Assembly (NCBI RefSeq): GCF_963921235.1
Contig: NC_086097.1
Coordinates: 117,988,001-118,052,000 of the forward strand
Length of the DNA: 64,000 nt
DNA from: Mobula hypostoma
Taxonomy: Eukaryota
Direction of reading: 5' to 3'
Both the position numbers and the translations under genes were made by a program. The notes under the pieces were generated by a model. It saw nothing but the letters and a program-made list of their open reading frames with translations. It did no database searches and was not told the origin of the DNA. Positions 49,020 through 61,774 of the stretch are shown piece by piece. The number at the start of each line of letters is the position of its first letter. Positions within the stretch are counted from its first letter, which is position 1.

Positions 49020-51540
49020 TTGAATGTCACCGTATACAACCCTGAGATTCATTTTCTTGTGGGAATACTCAATAAGTCCATAACAAAGTTATAACAATGA
49101 TAGAATCAGTACAGGGCCACACCAGCTTCAGTGTTCAAAGAGTGTGCAAAAGTCAACCAACTGTGCAAATGCAAAAAGAAAAAAAATGTTAATAAATAAG
49201 CAAAAATATGAAATGAAGAGTCCTTTAAAGTGAGTCCATAGGTTGTGGGAACATTTCAGTGAAGGGACAAGTGAAGCTGTGTGAAGTTAGTCACTTTGGT
49301 TCCGGGGCCTGATGGTTGAGGGGCAATAACTCTTCCTGAACCTGGTGGTGTGAGTCCTGAGGCTGCTGTGTCTGTTTCCTGATGGCAGCAATGAGAAGAG
49401 AGCATGACCTGGGTGGTGGGGGTCCCTGATGACGATTCTGCTTTCCTGCAACAACACTGTGTACCAAGTTGTTGCTCTCCTAAAACCCAATAAAGACCCC
49501 AACATTCCTAAAAACTACAGACCGATTTCCTTGCTCTGCACCCTCTATAAACTCCACGAAAGACTCATACTGAAAAGAATATTCCCCTTAGTCGAAGATC
49601 TTCTAACACCAGAGCAAGCCAGGTTCAGGCCAGGCCGCTCTTGCTGCGGTCAAGTCCTGAACTTAACCCAGTATATTGAGGATGGCTTTGAAATGCGACA
49701 AATTACAGGAGCAGTATTTGTTGACTTAACAGCAGCATATGACACTGTGAATCACAGAGGCCTTCTACTGAAATTTTCTAAAATGTTAAACAATGAAACC
49801 ACAGCTAAAGTAATGAGAAGCCTCCTAGAAAATCGTAGATTTTATATAGAAGTGAATGGAATTAAGAGTAGGTGGCATCCACAAAAGAACGGACTACCAC
49901 AGGGATCAGTCCTGGCACCTCTACTATTTAATGTCTACGCAAACGACCAACCAACCTTTCCTAACACATGCAGGTTTATCTATGCAGATGACTTATGCAT
50001 AGCAACACAAGCTAACTCCATCCAAGAAGTTGAAGTATGATTTACAGCAGTCCTCAAAGCAGTATTATGAAAAATGGTCTCTGAACCCAGATCCATCAAA
50101 AACTCAAGTGTGTGCATTCCACCTGAGGAATCGAGAAGCAGCTCGGAAACTCAAGATCTTCTGGTGTGGGAAGGAGCTCAAACACCATCCGACTCCAATT
50201 TACCTGGGCGTGACACTGGATAGGGCGCTCTCATTTGCCACCCACATCCAAAAACTCCGAGGGAAAATTGGCTCTCGCAATTCTCTCTTGAAAAATTAGC
50301 AGGCTCAAAATGGGGAGCTAATGCTCACACACTTAGATCAACTGCCCTAGCGCTCTGCTATGCACCTGCAGAATACTGTGCACCTGTGTGGGGCAGATCA
50401 GCCCATGTGAAGAAAATAGACCCATTGCTTAATGAAACCTGCCGAATAATCACGGGCACACTGCGCCCCACATCCATTAACATCATTTACAGACTTGCAG
50501 GCATTGCTCCCCCAGAGATCCGAAGACACACTACAACAAAAATTGAAAAAGGTAAACAGAACTTGGATCCACGGCGCCAACTACATCATCATGTGCCAAT
50601 TTAAAATCGAGGAAAAGCTTTGCTACAGTGGAGGAACTAGCGCACAGAACATCCCCCCAAACATACAGGATTGACCTCTGGCACAAACAGAAGCCAGAAC
50701 CCCACCAAACAATACAGTGCAAGACCCCACAGAAATGTTGCCAGGCGGGGTACTGCTTGACAGACGGAAATGGTGCAGTCTCAACAGAGCGAGAGCGGGA
50801 GTTTGTAGGACGGGAGACGATATAGTGAAGTGGGGTTTAAAGACCAGTGAATCCTGTGAGTGTGGTGAAAGGGTGCAGAAAATTGAACATGTTCTGCGCA
50901 ACTGCCCACTCTCACCTGGTTTAGCTGACACTGACCTGCTCAACATCAACCAGACAACACTGGAGTGGCTGGCTGTCTGGTGTGACAAGCTATGATGATG
51001 ACTGTGTACATGTGCTCAATGTCTTTACCTGTGATGGACTTGGCCTTATCCAGTTCTTTATGTACGATATTCCATTCAAGGGTATTGGTGTTTCCTTGAC
51101 AGGCTCGGACACAGCCAATCTTCACAAACTGCTAAAGAAATAGAGGTGCTGTCATGCTTTCTTCATAATTGCATTTATGTGCTGGGCCCAGGAGAGATCC
51201 TCTGAAATGAAGTTAAAGTTGTTGTCCCACTCCATCGCTGTGGCTCCAACGTGGACTGACTCACGGACCTCTGGTTTCCTCTTCCTTGGTCTTACTGACA
51301 TGGAGTACAAAGTTGTTGCTGTGGCACCGCTCAGCCAGATTTTCCATCTCCCTCCTATATGATGATTCGTTACCATTTGGCCTATGTCAACAAACTTGAA
51401 TATGGCACTAGAGCTGTGCTTAGCCACATAGACAAGTAGAGCAGGGGGCTAAGCACCCAGTCTTGTGGTGCACCTGTGCTGTTGGAGTTTGTGGAGGAGA
51501 TGTTGCTGCCAACTCAAACTGACAGGGGTCTGCAAGTGCA
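49020..51540 (-). mobile_element. Decayed Rex1/Babar element hosting the Vingi insertion
   Basis: IRDPHHPGHALFSLLPSG, ISEDLSWAQHI and gcaccacaagactgggtgcttagccccctgctctac (GAPQ..VLSPLL). Confidence 0.75.
49465..51000 (+). mobile_element. Vingi (Ingi-related) LINE, 5'-truncated
   Basis: VLNLTQYIEDGFE...GAVFVDLTAAYDTVNH, QKNGLPQGSVLAP, FIYADD, and C-terminal CECG...EHVLRNCP. The ORF stop runs directly into a (TGA)n tail. 9-bp TSD actgtgtac. Confidence 0.85.
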
Positions 51541-52459
51541 GGAATTGAAATGTACAAATACAAAAAAAAAACAGAGAAGTGATGATAATAAGAGTAATAA
51601 TAAATTCTAAAAAATTAAAAGTGTTGCCATGCCTTCTTTATAATTGCACCTACACGCTGGACCCAGGACAGATCCTCTAAAATAATAATGATGAGGAATT
51701 GAAAGTTGCTGATTTTCTCCACCTCTGATCCCTTGATGAGGACCAGCTCATAGACCTCCAGTTTGGTCCTCCTATTACCTATAAACAGTTCTTTGATTTT
51801 GCTGACAGTGAATGAGAGGTTGGTCCTGTGTTTATTATTCTGAAACAAACACATACTCAGTGAACTCCAGTAATTGTGATACTGCACTTGCAAGTGAAAT
51901 CAACTACTTATCCAATGGAGCATCAGCTGAAACACTTGTACCGCTATTAGGGCTACAGAGACCCATTAAGAAAACTACTTAGAAGTCTTGTATTACACTA
52001 GATCCTCATTGTCTTTGCCAGTAGGATTACTTTCACTGCTTTGCTCTCTATTAACTGTCTTTGCCACGTCGTTCCCAGAGATGTCTTTTTTTATTCTCTG
52101 GACATAGGAATCATACTTTATAGAAATCCAGTTTGACACGCTTAGAATACTTATATTAGCTTGGGATCTGCACAACAAAATAGGATGACTATAGAAATCC
52201 ACATTTCAACCACCATGACAATTCCTGCTCAGAAATGCAGTTAATTTTCACTTACAAATAGTCTTGGATTTATCATGGCCTGTTTACAAGAATAGAAGTT
52301 CAAGCATGGGCTCAAATGTTTTCATTGCTTATGTTTGTATATCTGCCAATTGGTTGTCTATCATTTGATATTTTCATTATAATAAATCCTTTAAGACTAG
52401 CTTTAAACAAAATTATCTTTTTTTAATTTATAATTAGTGCGTCTGAATCAGTCAAATTT

Positions 52460-52730
52460 TATTTATTTATTGAGATACAGCACAGAATAGGTTCTTCCGG
52501 CCCTTTGATCCATGCTGCCCAGCAATTCCTGATTTAATCCTAGCCTGATCACGGGAAAATTTACAATGACCAGTTAACTTACCAACCGGTATATCTTTGA
52601 ACCGTGGGAGGAAACCAGAGCACCCGGAACAATCCCACATGGTCAAAAGAGAACGTGCAACCTCCTTAGAGGTAGTGACAGGAATTGAACCTGGGTTGTT
52701 GGTAAAGTGTAACCACTATGCTACTATAGG
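52460..52730 (-). mobile_element. V-SINE/HE1-like SINE
   Basis: gtgggaggaaaccagagcacccgga...gagaacgtgcaa V-domain in reverse. Confidence 0.7.
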
Positions 52731-53399
52731 GCTGACATAGTTTAGTGTTACACTTGGCTCTCATTTTGCAATTATATATGGCCTATGATAAAAGCACTTC
52801 CAGTTTTTTTTAATAAGTCTTTCAGTTTTAATTGCTTGTTTTGTTTTGTTTAGTCCACTTTATCAGCATGAGGTGATACAGTACATGTTGAGCTAATTTT
52901 CCATGAATGCCAGCAACTTTCTATATCATTTCATCCACTGTGTATCATACATTCTCTTTCCTGTATGCCTGACATAATAAGCCTGTGATTAAGTTGAAGA
53001 GCAGGTTATTTGGTTGAGTGTGGCCTGCAGATCAGTTTCATCAATGTGCAAGGGTCTCCCACGTGCACGGATAAAATCTGTGTGGCACAGGATCCACCAG
53101 CAGGAGAAACTGCGTCAACAATTCATCCTGTCACAACTATTCCCACCTTGTCTCTTATAAAGATGCCATCCCTTTCTCCCATTTTCTTCGTCTCTACTGC
53201 ATCTGTGCTCAAGATTAGTCCTTGCATTTTAGGACATCTGAAATGTCCTCCTAGTTCAAGAAACATCTTAGTCTAGTACAGCAATTCAAATGTACAGGAA
53301 CATAAGGAGCTGCAGACAGTAGTAGATTTATTGGGCACATCCCTTCCAACTACCATTAGAATCTACAGAAGATGCTGTCTCAAAAAGACAACATCCAGC

Positions 53400-54760
53400 A
53401 TTGATGTTCGACGCATTGTGCATTCAGAGATGTTATTCTGTCCACCACTATTGTCACTCATGGTTGCTTGAGTTATTGTTACCTTCCTGTCAGCTTGAGC
53501 CAGTTCTGACCATTCTCCATTGACCTCTTTCATTAACAACCTGTTTTCACCAACAGAACCAATGCTTACTGAATGTTCTTTGTTTTCATACCATTCTCTG
53601 TAAACTCTGGAGACTGTTTGTTGGCCATGGAGGAGTTAAAATATAGAAGAAAATATAAAACTCGAATGGTTCAAGGACAGTGGAAGCAGACATACGAATT
53701 GTCTTTGTTCTTGCCATGTGCTTGAAGGAATGGAGGCTGCCATTTTGTGAAACTGCTCTGTAACCTCCATCTTAAGAACTGCTTGAAAACTGATACTTGT
53801 TCTGGGATACTCTAATCAGAACAACTGAATGTGGACACAAGGGGTTTTTACTATGGACCTGCCAAACCCAAGGTCATTCTCAGATAAGCTGTGTATTGTG
53901 TACAAAGGCAGGTTTGTAGAAGTAATCTCATTATCTCAGCCCAGTGTATGAGTGACCATGTTTAACTGATTTGAACCAGAATTGAAGAGAACAAATCAAG
54001 TCACCTAAGGCATGAAATTGTGTAGCCCTTGGACTACATCCAATGGGAAAGTGTTATAGGTCAGTCAGGTGACTTAACAATAACACTAAAATGCAGTATT
54101 TGAACTGGTAAGGAATGAATATAAAAATAAAGGCTTCAAATGCAAAATAGCAATAACTCCAGAGACTAACCATCACAAGGAAGAACCTCCATGCCAGGTG
54201 TTATAAATTGGAAAAGTGGTCTGAGTGAGTATTGCTACAGAGGGAACAGTTGAATTCATGTTTTTAGTTGTTGGCCTGGGGTCAATATAGTTACATTGTC
54301 GTCTGAGCTTTGATTAATTAAGAGCTGCGTAGTGAATTTCCTAACCTAGCTCCGTTGATAAATGGTCACCAGCTGTTTGGGAGTTCAGCAGTTTCTGAGA
54401 TACACTAACTACCTCTTTTGGCACCAACTATCATTCCCTAATCAAAGTTAATTAGATCACATTTCTTCCTCATTCTGATGTTTGGTCTGAACAACAAATA
54501 AACCTCTTGAGTCCTACCAAAGAGTCTTGGCCTGAAATGTCAACTGTATTTTTTTCCACAGATACTGCCTGGCCTGCTGAGTTCCTCCAGCATATTGTGT
54601 GTATTGAATAGATTTCCAGCATTTGTAGATTTTCTCTTGCTTGTGAACATAGTCTGTATGCTTTTATGAATTGAGTTGCTGCCACATGATTGGCTGATTA
54701 AGTATTTTCATTAATGATCTGGTGTACAGGTTCACCTAATAAAGTGACCACTGAATTTGT
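53400..54760 (-). mobile_element. Non-autonomous Tc1-like element, copy 5, split by an LTR-like insert and a Penelope terminal repeat
   Basis: Body breaks at 53618 and resumes at ~54378. A second insert at ~54510-54645. End cctaataaagtgaccactgaa. Confidence 0.75.
53619..54371. mobile_element. Putative solo LTR (ERV-like)
   Basis: TGTTGGCCAT...ATGGTCACCA imperfect inverted termini (TG...CA). Flanks actgtt/gctgtt (6-bp TSD, 1 mismatch). Clean interruption of a known repeat. Confidence 0.6.
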
Positions 54761-55029
54761 TTTGCTCGTAATGCTGTTTATGTGATGCTATGTGTCCTTG
54801 ATGTTGCCAGAAATAATTGTTCATTGAATCTGTGCATTTGACAATAAACTTGACTTTGTCATCCTCCTTGACTAAGGAGGTGGTACCAGAGGAATGAAGG
54901 ACTACTAATATTGTATCATTGCTTAAGAAGAGAGGAATGGATAAACTGAGTCAGTTAATTTGATTTTGGTGCTCTGCAAATTCTTGCTATAAATTAATAA
55001 CACACATGAAATGCTGGAGGTGTTACAAA

Positions 55030-57268
55030 GCACAGCCAACCGCGCCAGCTTCTGGGGTTTAGAATCTGCTCTTGCCCTCCGGTATATGCCTAGCTGGTGT
55101 GGCCCCTTTAAAGACTCTGGCTTGCCCCACTAATCGGCAGCCGTTTTTTGGCACCAGGATTTTAATACTTAAAGAGCACCTGAACTGAGTTTCCGTGAAC
55201 GGCTAGAGTCGGATTGTGTTGAGACGAAGTGTGCTAGAGACTACGATTCTCAAGGTGCCTTGTAGATCCCTGCTGGGGACCGAGCAGCAAGACAGTTAAT
55301 GCCGCTAACGGAACTGTGGATTTGGAAAAGAGCATGGAGGCTGCAACTGCTGAATTGATGAAGAAAATATCCTGTAGGATGAACAGGTCGACGTGAAAGT
55401 GAGTTTGAGATGGAGGAATGGAGTGAAGAGAGTGAGGAAAGGAAACAGAGGTATGAGATGTCAAACTCTAAGGAGTCAGCGGATAAACAAAATAGGATAG
55501 CAAAACATCGGAAAGAAGATGACATTAAAGCAATTATAACACTGAACGAAGACCGAGAGTCTTTTTGTGAATGGAACCCGATTCATTTGATGAAGATAAT
55601 CAACTGACTTATAGGTGAAGTCAAAAGAGCAAAAATTTTACAAAATGGATTGCTACTAGTGATTTGACAGGATAGTGCTCAACGAGGCAAAGTGATAAGA
55701 TTAAACAAAATAGACGGCAAAAAAGTAGAATGCTCAATGCCCAACAATAGAAAGTGGACTAGAGGAGTTATTTCGGGGATATCAACAAAAGTTACTATGG
55801 ATGAGATTAAACAGAACATAAAAGGAGCAAAAATTATTGAGGCCAAATGTTTGCAAGTTAGAAGAAATGGGAAAAAGTGTGATAGTTTATCAGTTATGAT
55901 CAAATTTGATGAAGAGAGATGGCCGACTAAAGTTTATTTAGAGTATATGTGTTATGAGGGCAGAATATATATACCACCATCTTTAAGATGCTTTAAATGT
56001 CAGAAATTCGAGCATATTGCAGCATCTGCAGAGGGAAACAAAGATGTGGAAGATGTGCTGGAGAACATGAATATGGGAAATGTGATGCCGGAGCTAGGCT
56101 GAAATGTTGCAATTGTGGTGAGGAACACAGAGCAGCTTATCAAAGGTGCATTATTAGCAAGAAAGAAGCTGAGGTACAATATGTAAAAGTAACCCAAGGG
56201 ATCGGTTATGCAGAGGCAATGAAAGCATTTGCTGGAAAAAAGAAGGCTGTCAAGCAAACAAATACAGGGAATAATAAACCGATGAACTGTGAGGGTTGTA
56301 ATATGATAAATAAGGATACACTAATTATGAGTAAGAAGGATTTTGTACTGTTTATGGTAGATGCAATTAACTGTTCAGCGCAAACAGACAAAAGAACCAA
56401 AAAAATTAAAATTATAGTCAAGTCTGCAGAAAAAATATCTTGGTATGACAAGGCTCAGGTGGGAAGCTGTCAAACGTACACTAACTGGAGAACCAAACAG
56501 TTCACAGGCAGGAGAGGCAGGAAATTAATGGCTGTATATATATATAAAACAAGGGAATGCAAGGAGTCTTATCACAAATGATCAAGAATTTACAAAATAT
56601 GTACCAGAATTTAAGGAAAAAACCTCAGATTTTATGTTACAAGAAACATGGTTGAAACCCAGGGTAAATGTGCAGAACTCCATTAACAAATTAAGAACAA
56701 CTGTGAGTTGAAAAGAGTTTGGATGAAATGGTACTGTATTTAAAGGAGACGGTTTCTGAAAAAGATGCTTGTCAAAAATTCAGTGACATGGAAAACAGAT
56801 TAACAAGGAGGAACCTATTCCAAAGTTACAAAAGGAAAAAGGAATTTTTTGCAAAGTGAATTATCCACATTCGGATTATAAAATGAAAACATGGAAACAA
56901 CTGTGGAAGAATTTCAAGATCTCAATAAACAACTATAGGCTTTGATTCAAGAAAAGGAAAACTTGGAAATAGTAGATAGAATTGGAAAATAACAATTTTA
57001 AATGATAAGCATGCGATAATGAATATTCTCAAACAAGAAGCTTTTAGTTTTACAAATGATTCAAATGAAATTAATGTAATTTGAGGCAATGCAATTATTT
57101 GGGAACCACATGACAAAATTTGAGAAGGAAAACAATCTGCAGCATTGCTATTTAATGAGCACATACAGCATTTGCAAGTGGAATTATAATTAATTATACA
57201 TCCTGCGGAGGGCAGTAATACGCTTAGATGCGTCTAAACTGCCAGAAATAGGCGAAGAAGAAGAAGAA
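55030..57268 (+). mobile_element. Nimb/I-group non-LTR element, internally deleted
   Basis: ORF1 remnant, start of the ORF2 endonuclease (NARSL...LQETWLKP), 3' stem-loop ggcagt...actgcc and (GAA)n tail. Confidence 0.75.
55409..56520 (+). pseudogene. Gag-like ORF1 with three CCHC zinc knuckles
   Basis: NPIHLMKIIN*LIGEVKRAKILQNG, RGVISGI, YIPPSLRCFKCQKFEHIA-ICRGKQRCGRCAGEHEYGKC...KCCNCGEEHRAAYQRC. Contains stops and one frameshift. Confidence 0.85.
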
Positions 57269-57424
57269 CTGAGGTTCCATGAACAATATTCAGGTCTACT
57301 TTGGATTCTCATCTAGCCTCTAGATTAGATCAGATCCCTTGCCTTGTTTCAGTCTCATGTTGTGTCCATATCCGAGTCTCAGATACTCCAACACTTGGGT
57401 CCTAACCATCCTCTTGTCACATGT

Positions 57425-58050
57425 GGTACGCAGCAGGTCAGACAGATCTATGGAAGGAAGTAAACTGTCTACCTTTCAGACAGAAACCCTCTGTAGGGAC
57501 TAGAGGGAAGAAGCCAATATAAGAAGGTGGGGGAAAGGGAGAAGGAGTACAAAGCTGGAACAGGTTAGGAGAAACCAGGAGAGGGGGAAGTAGGTGGGAT
57601 GGTAGAGGAAATAATGACCATAAAAGCACAAGATGTAGGAGCAGTATTAGGCCATTCGGCCTATCAAGTTTGCTCTGCCATTTGATCATGGCTGACCCAT
57701 TTCCCTCTCAAACCCATTTTTCATTCTTCCCCACATAACCTTAGATGCTCTGGCTAACCAAGTCCTTAAATACACCCAGTGACCTGCTCTCCACAACTGC
57801 CTGGGGAAATGAGTTCTAAGATTCACCACCCTCCAGCTAAAGAAATTCCTCCTCATCTCATCATTCTATACTGAGATTATGCCCTCTGGTCCTAGAATTC
57901 CCGCACTATAGTCTCCACATCTGCTCTATCTAGGCCTTTCAACATTTGATAGGCTTCAATGGGATTCCCCCTCATTCTTCTAAATTCCAGAGTGTACAGG
58001 CCCAAAACCATCAATTGTTTCTCATATGATAAGCCTTTCGTTTCCAGAAC
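57425..58050 (-). mobile_element. Penelope terminal repeat remnant (57425-57615) abutting a CR1 3' remnant (57615-58050)
   Basis: cagcaggtcagacagatctatgg...gggactagagggaagaagcc, then cacaagatgtaggagcagtattaggccattcggcc and LGLYTLEFRRMRG. Confidence 0.65.
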
Positions 58051-58319
58051 CCTCAAATCGACCATAGAAGACATTGGGCTCATCAGGGAGCGAAGTTTTT
58101 TTGTCAACTATGTAGTTTAGTTTCACTTTGTAAGAGACAATAGCATTCAAGCCCTGCCACAGCTGTTGAACATAACTGAATGATTTAACTATGGTTCAGA
58201 ATTGCAACTTCATACAGGAGACAGCTTTCTGGAGATCGTACCTAGATCTCTTGTATCTTACTTGGTCACCAGACTTGAATCGCTCTGATCTGGACCTCAG
58301 CAGACTGCCAGTTGTATGG

Positions 58320-58910
58320 CTTATACAGGCCCTAGGCTGGGGAAGACACTGAATGATTTTGTGGGGGACACTCTTCCACAGCTGTTTTTATAAAGTTCCT
58401 GACAGTCATAGTATATTCATTCAGAATCTCCGATGAGTCCGTGAATGGAGCCCAGTCCACTGACACAGTTGCTCCTCTGCCTCCTGCAACCACCTCTTTA
58501 TTGTCCTTATCTCCAGAGCCTTGCTCTTTAGCCTCTGGCTGTATGCAGGTCGGAGGAGAACAACCAAGTGATCAGATTTCCCAAAATGTACTCTAACGGT
58601 AGGCAGCCCTAATCGTAGAATAGCAGCGGTCTAATGCGTTGGAACTCCTGGTGCTGCAGGTTAAATGCTGATGATTATTGGGCAGAGGTTTCTTCAAACA
58701 AGCCTGATTGAAATCTCCGATTATGATTTGAAATATGTTGGGGTGACTTGATTCTTCTTTAGTGATGGCAAAATTCAGCATCTTCAGTGCCTGGTTAATG
58801 TCGGCTTTTGGTGGTATATAAACTGTGGTCCAGCTCTCAGAGCAGAGCACCCTTAGTAAATAGAATAATTGGCACTTAATCATTGGATGTTCCAGGTCGG
58901 AGGAATGAGA
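58320..58910 (-). mobile_element. Rex1/Babar endonuclease remnant
   Basis: VYIPPKAD...IIGDFNQACLKK...TRSSNALDRCY. Confidence 0.8.
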
Positions 58911-58989
58911 GCCACGTTGGAGTACTCTGAGGGATTATCCTGAAACACAGACCCCCAGCTTTTGGCTTCTGTGTGAGAAGAGAATGTGT

Positions 58990-59150
58990 AAGACAGGAGC
59001 CAGAATGAAGAATGGAAAAAGAGAAGGGGGAAGAGGAAGTAATTACCAGAAGTTAGTGAATTTGATGTTCATGCTGTCAGGTTGGAGGCTACCCAAAAAG
59101 AATATGAGGTGTTGCTCCTCCAACCTGAGAGTGGCCTCATTTCTTCACTC
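58990..59150 (-). mobile_element. Penelope ORF-end remnant
   Basis: gatgttcatgctgtcaggttggaggctacc...gaggtgttgctcctccaacctgag, reverse homologue of 6985-7070. Confidence 0.7.
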
Positions 59151-59399
59151 TCTGCTATGTTCTCTCAGTTGGTGATAGGAATCTGTAAATCACTGCCTAA
59201 AAGCAGGTTAGAGATATAACATTTAAAAAGCACTTGCATGTGCATGTGAAGAACCCTAACAGTACAGATCTCTGCCTGAATCTGGATTTGGTTGGATAGG
59301 TCCTTTGCAGCCAACAGCCACACAATAGGTTGAATAGCTGGCTAAAGTATCACTGTATTCCTATGATTCTTTAAATCTATTCTGGCATTATTTGATTAA

Positions 59400-59745
59400 A
59401 GTCAAAATCAAAGTAAATTTATTATCCAAGTGTGTATATATCACCATATACTACCCTCAGATTCATTTTCTTGCAGAAAAATAACGTATAATTTATGGAA
59501 GATTGTACATGAACAGAGACTGACAAATAACCAACATGCAAAAGAAGACAAATTGTGCAAATAATAAATAAATAAACAAACAAACAAACAAATAAATAAA
59601 TACTGAGAACAGGAGTTGCAGAGTCCTTAAAAGTGAATTTGTAGGTTGTGGAATCAGTTCAGAGTTGAGGTAAGTGATGCTATCCATGCTGCTTCGGAGC
59701 CTGATGGTTGTAAGGTACTAACTATTCCTGAACTTGGTGTGGTGT
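59400..59745 (-). mobile_element. Rex1-type 3' remnant
   Basis: aaagtaaatttattatcc...(aaat)n actgagaac...ttcctgaacttggtgtggtg. Confidence 0.65.
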
Positions 59746-60242
59746 CAATGGTTGGGGGGGGGGGAAGAGGGGGAGGGGGAGTCCTCTCTGACTTGATTTA
59801 ATGTTTGATGAGGAGAGATAACAGGATCAAAGTAATGCAATAGATGTATTTCCAGAGGGATACATTAATTTGAATTGCAACAAAAAACAAGTGAAGATAA
59901 AGCATTTTTAATTCATTTATGGATTGTGGGCATTGCTGATAAGCTTAGCATGTGCTGCCAAATACTTCAATTAAGTTGTCACAGTCAATGATTACATTTA
60001 CAAATCTTACCAGCTGAACTACTGCTCTCATCCACTGCTTCATTCACTTCAGCTCACTATTCACCCACCATCAATTTCAGGCAATCCATGTGTATACCTA
60101 GCATTTATACACTCTTTCTTATCTCCAAAAACCACTGCAGAAAGCTTTGCATCCACGTCTTCGTGTTCACACATACAATGCCTGCTATTCGTCCATGGCT
60201 GAAGTATTACCCAAAGTGACAAACATTCACTGAAACTCTCAC

Positions 60243-60299
60243 CTCATTTTTATAGGAGGTGAATCAGCAAGCGGAATGTGAGCCTGTGTGTTATAATGC
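60243..60299 (-). other. Candidate 57-nt exon
   Basis: Acceptor tctttctttcatgcctcctctcag, donor GAG|gtgaga. One open frame (HYNTQAHIPLADSPPIKM). Lies in non-repetitive DNA. Confidence 0.3.
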
Positions 60300-61442
60300 C
60301 TGAGAGGAGGCATGAAAGAAAGACTAACATTGATTCCATGGTCACTAACACTCACTGATGATAAGGGTAGCTCGAGATCTAAACCATCTCATCCCATCCT
60401 ACTTCAGATTCAGTTTAGTTTATCACTTTTGTATTGAAACATACAGTGAAATGCATCATTTGCAGTAACAACCAACACAGCCAAGTCCGTGCTGGTGCAG
60501 TGTTCAAGTGTTGCCAACAGAGCATGCCCACAATGGTCATCAGAACAACACAACACTACACAACACAATAAGCAACAAAAAATCAGGAGCGAAACAAAAC
60601 CCTTTCCACCTTCCTACACTCCCTCCAATCCACTACATTCACTGGTAGTCCTTCAACTCCAGGACAGACCTCAGGTCGCCAGTCTCCAGGTATTGACCAT
60701 TGAGCATTGACTTCTGATCAACCTTTGGGCTTTGATCTTTGAGATTGAATGGGATTCCAGACTCCAGGCTCAACCTGACTCACTGGCCCTCATGCCACCT
60801 ATTCACAGGGTTTTCCAATCCCAGGTCCCATGGACATCCACAAATGCTCTCCTTCAGCTGCCCACATTGCTGGCCTTTGAGAAGAGCTATTCCTCAATCT
60901 CTTCTGAGTGGAGAGAGGGAGTGAAGTCACAGGAAACACCATCCCTCAGTTTCACAGTCTCAGCCACCAACATAGATAGTGACTTTTCAAGTAATATACA
61001 AAACCATTTATGAGAAGTGACTGTAGTGCACTTGATCCAAGGTGAAAGGAGAGAAAACCAAAATGATGCTTCTTATTTCTTTAACTACTTGTGTTGATCT
61101 ATGGGGCGCAGCTCATTCATTCATTCACCCTTTAACCCATACAAAAGCCTCATCAGCACAATTGGATTTGGAAGTACCTGACTATACACTAGCTTTTAAG
61201 TTAACAAAAATGTATCCCTTCAGCCAAACATGCCTATAGCAAGTCTCCATTCAGAGTTATAAAAATGAGAAGAGAGTAGTGAATTATAATAGGTTGGAAA
61301 CAGGAATAAGAATTGTAGATTAAAATATTAATAATCATATTATTGAAGAATTTTATATATTTATTGATTACTTTCTGGACAATAAACACAAGAAATTCTA
61401 CAGAAGCAGGAAATCCAGAGTAATATATACAAAATGCTAGAG

Positions 61443-61774
61443 CAGTGGTTCCCAACCTCTGGGCCGTGAAGAATGCAGGGGTGCAGCAGTAGCCAGAATG
61501 CACCCAGCACATCTTTAAGAAAAAAGCCGAAATAAACAAGCTAATTAATTAGGTGCCGCCCGACACGTAAATGTTGGTCCAGACCAGAGGCGATGTAATC
61601 AGCAATCGCCTCTCATCTGGGCGGACATTTACATGCCGGGCGGCACTTAATTAACTAACTTGTTTATTTTGGCTTTTTTCTTAAAGATGCGCTGAGTGTG
61701 TTCCAGCTACCGCTGCACCCCTGCATGCTTCGCGGCCCCGTATCAGTCCATGGCCCGAAGGTTGGGGACCAGTG
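61443..61774. mobile_element. hAT (Charlie-type) MITE, almost wholly palindromic
   Basis: TIRs cagtggttcccaacct / aggttggggaccagtg. 8-bp TSD tgctagag/tgatagag. Inserted in a Penelope terminal repeat (61385-61850). Confidence 0.9.
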
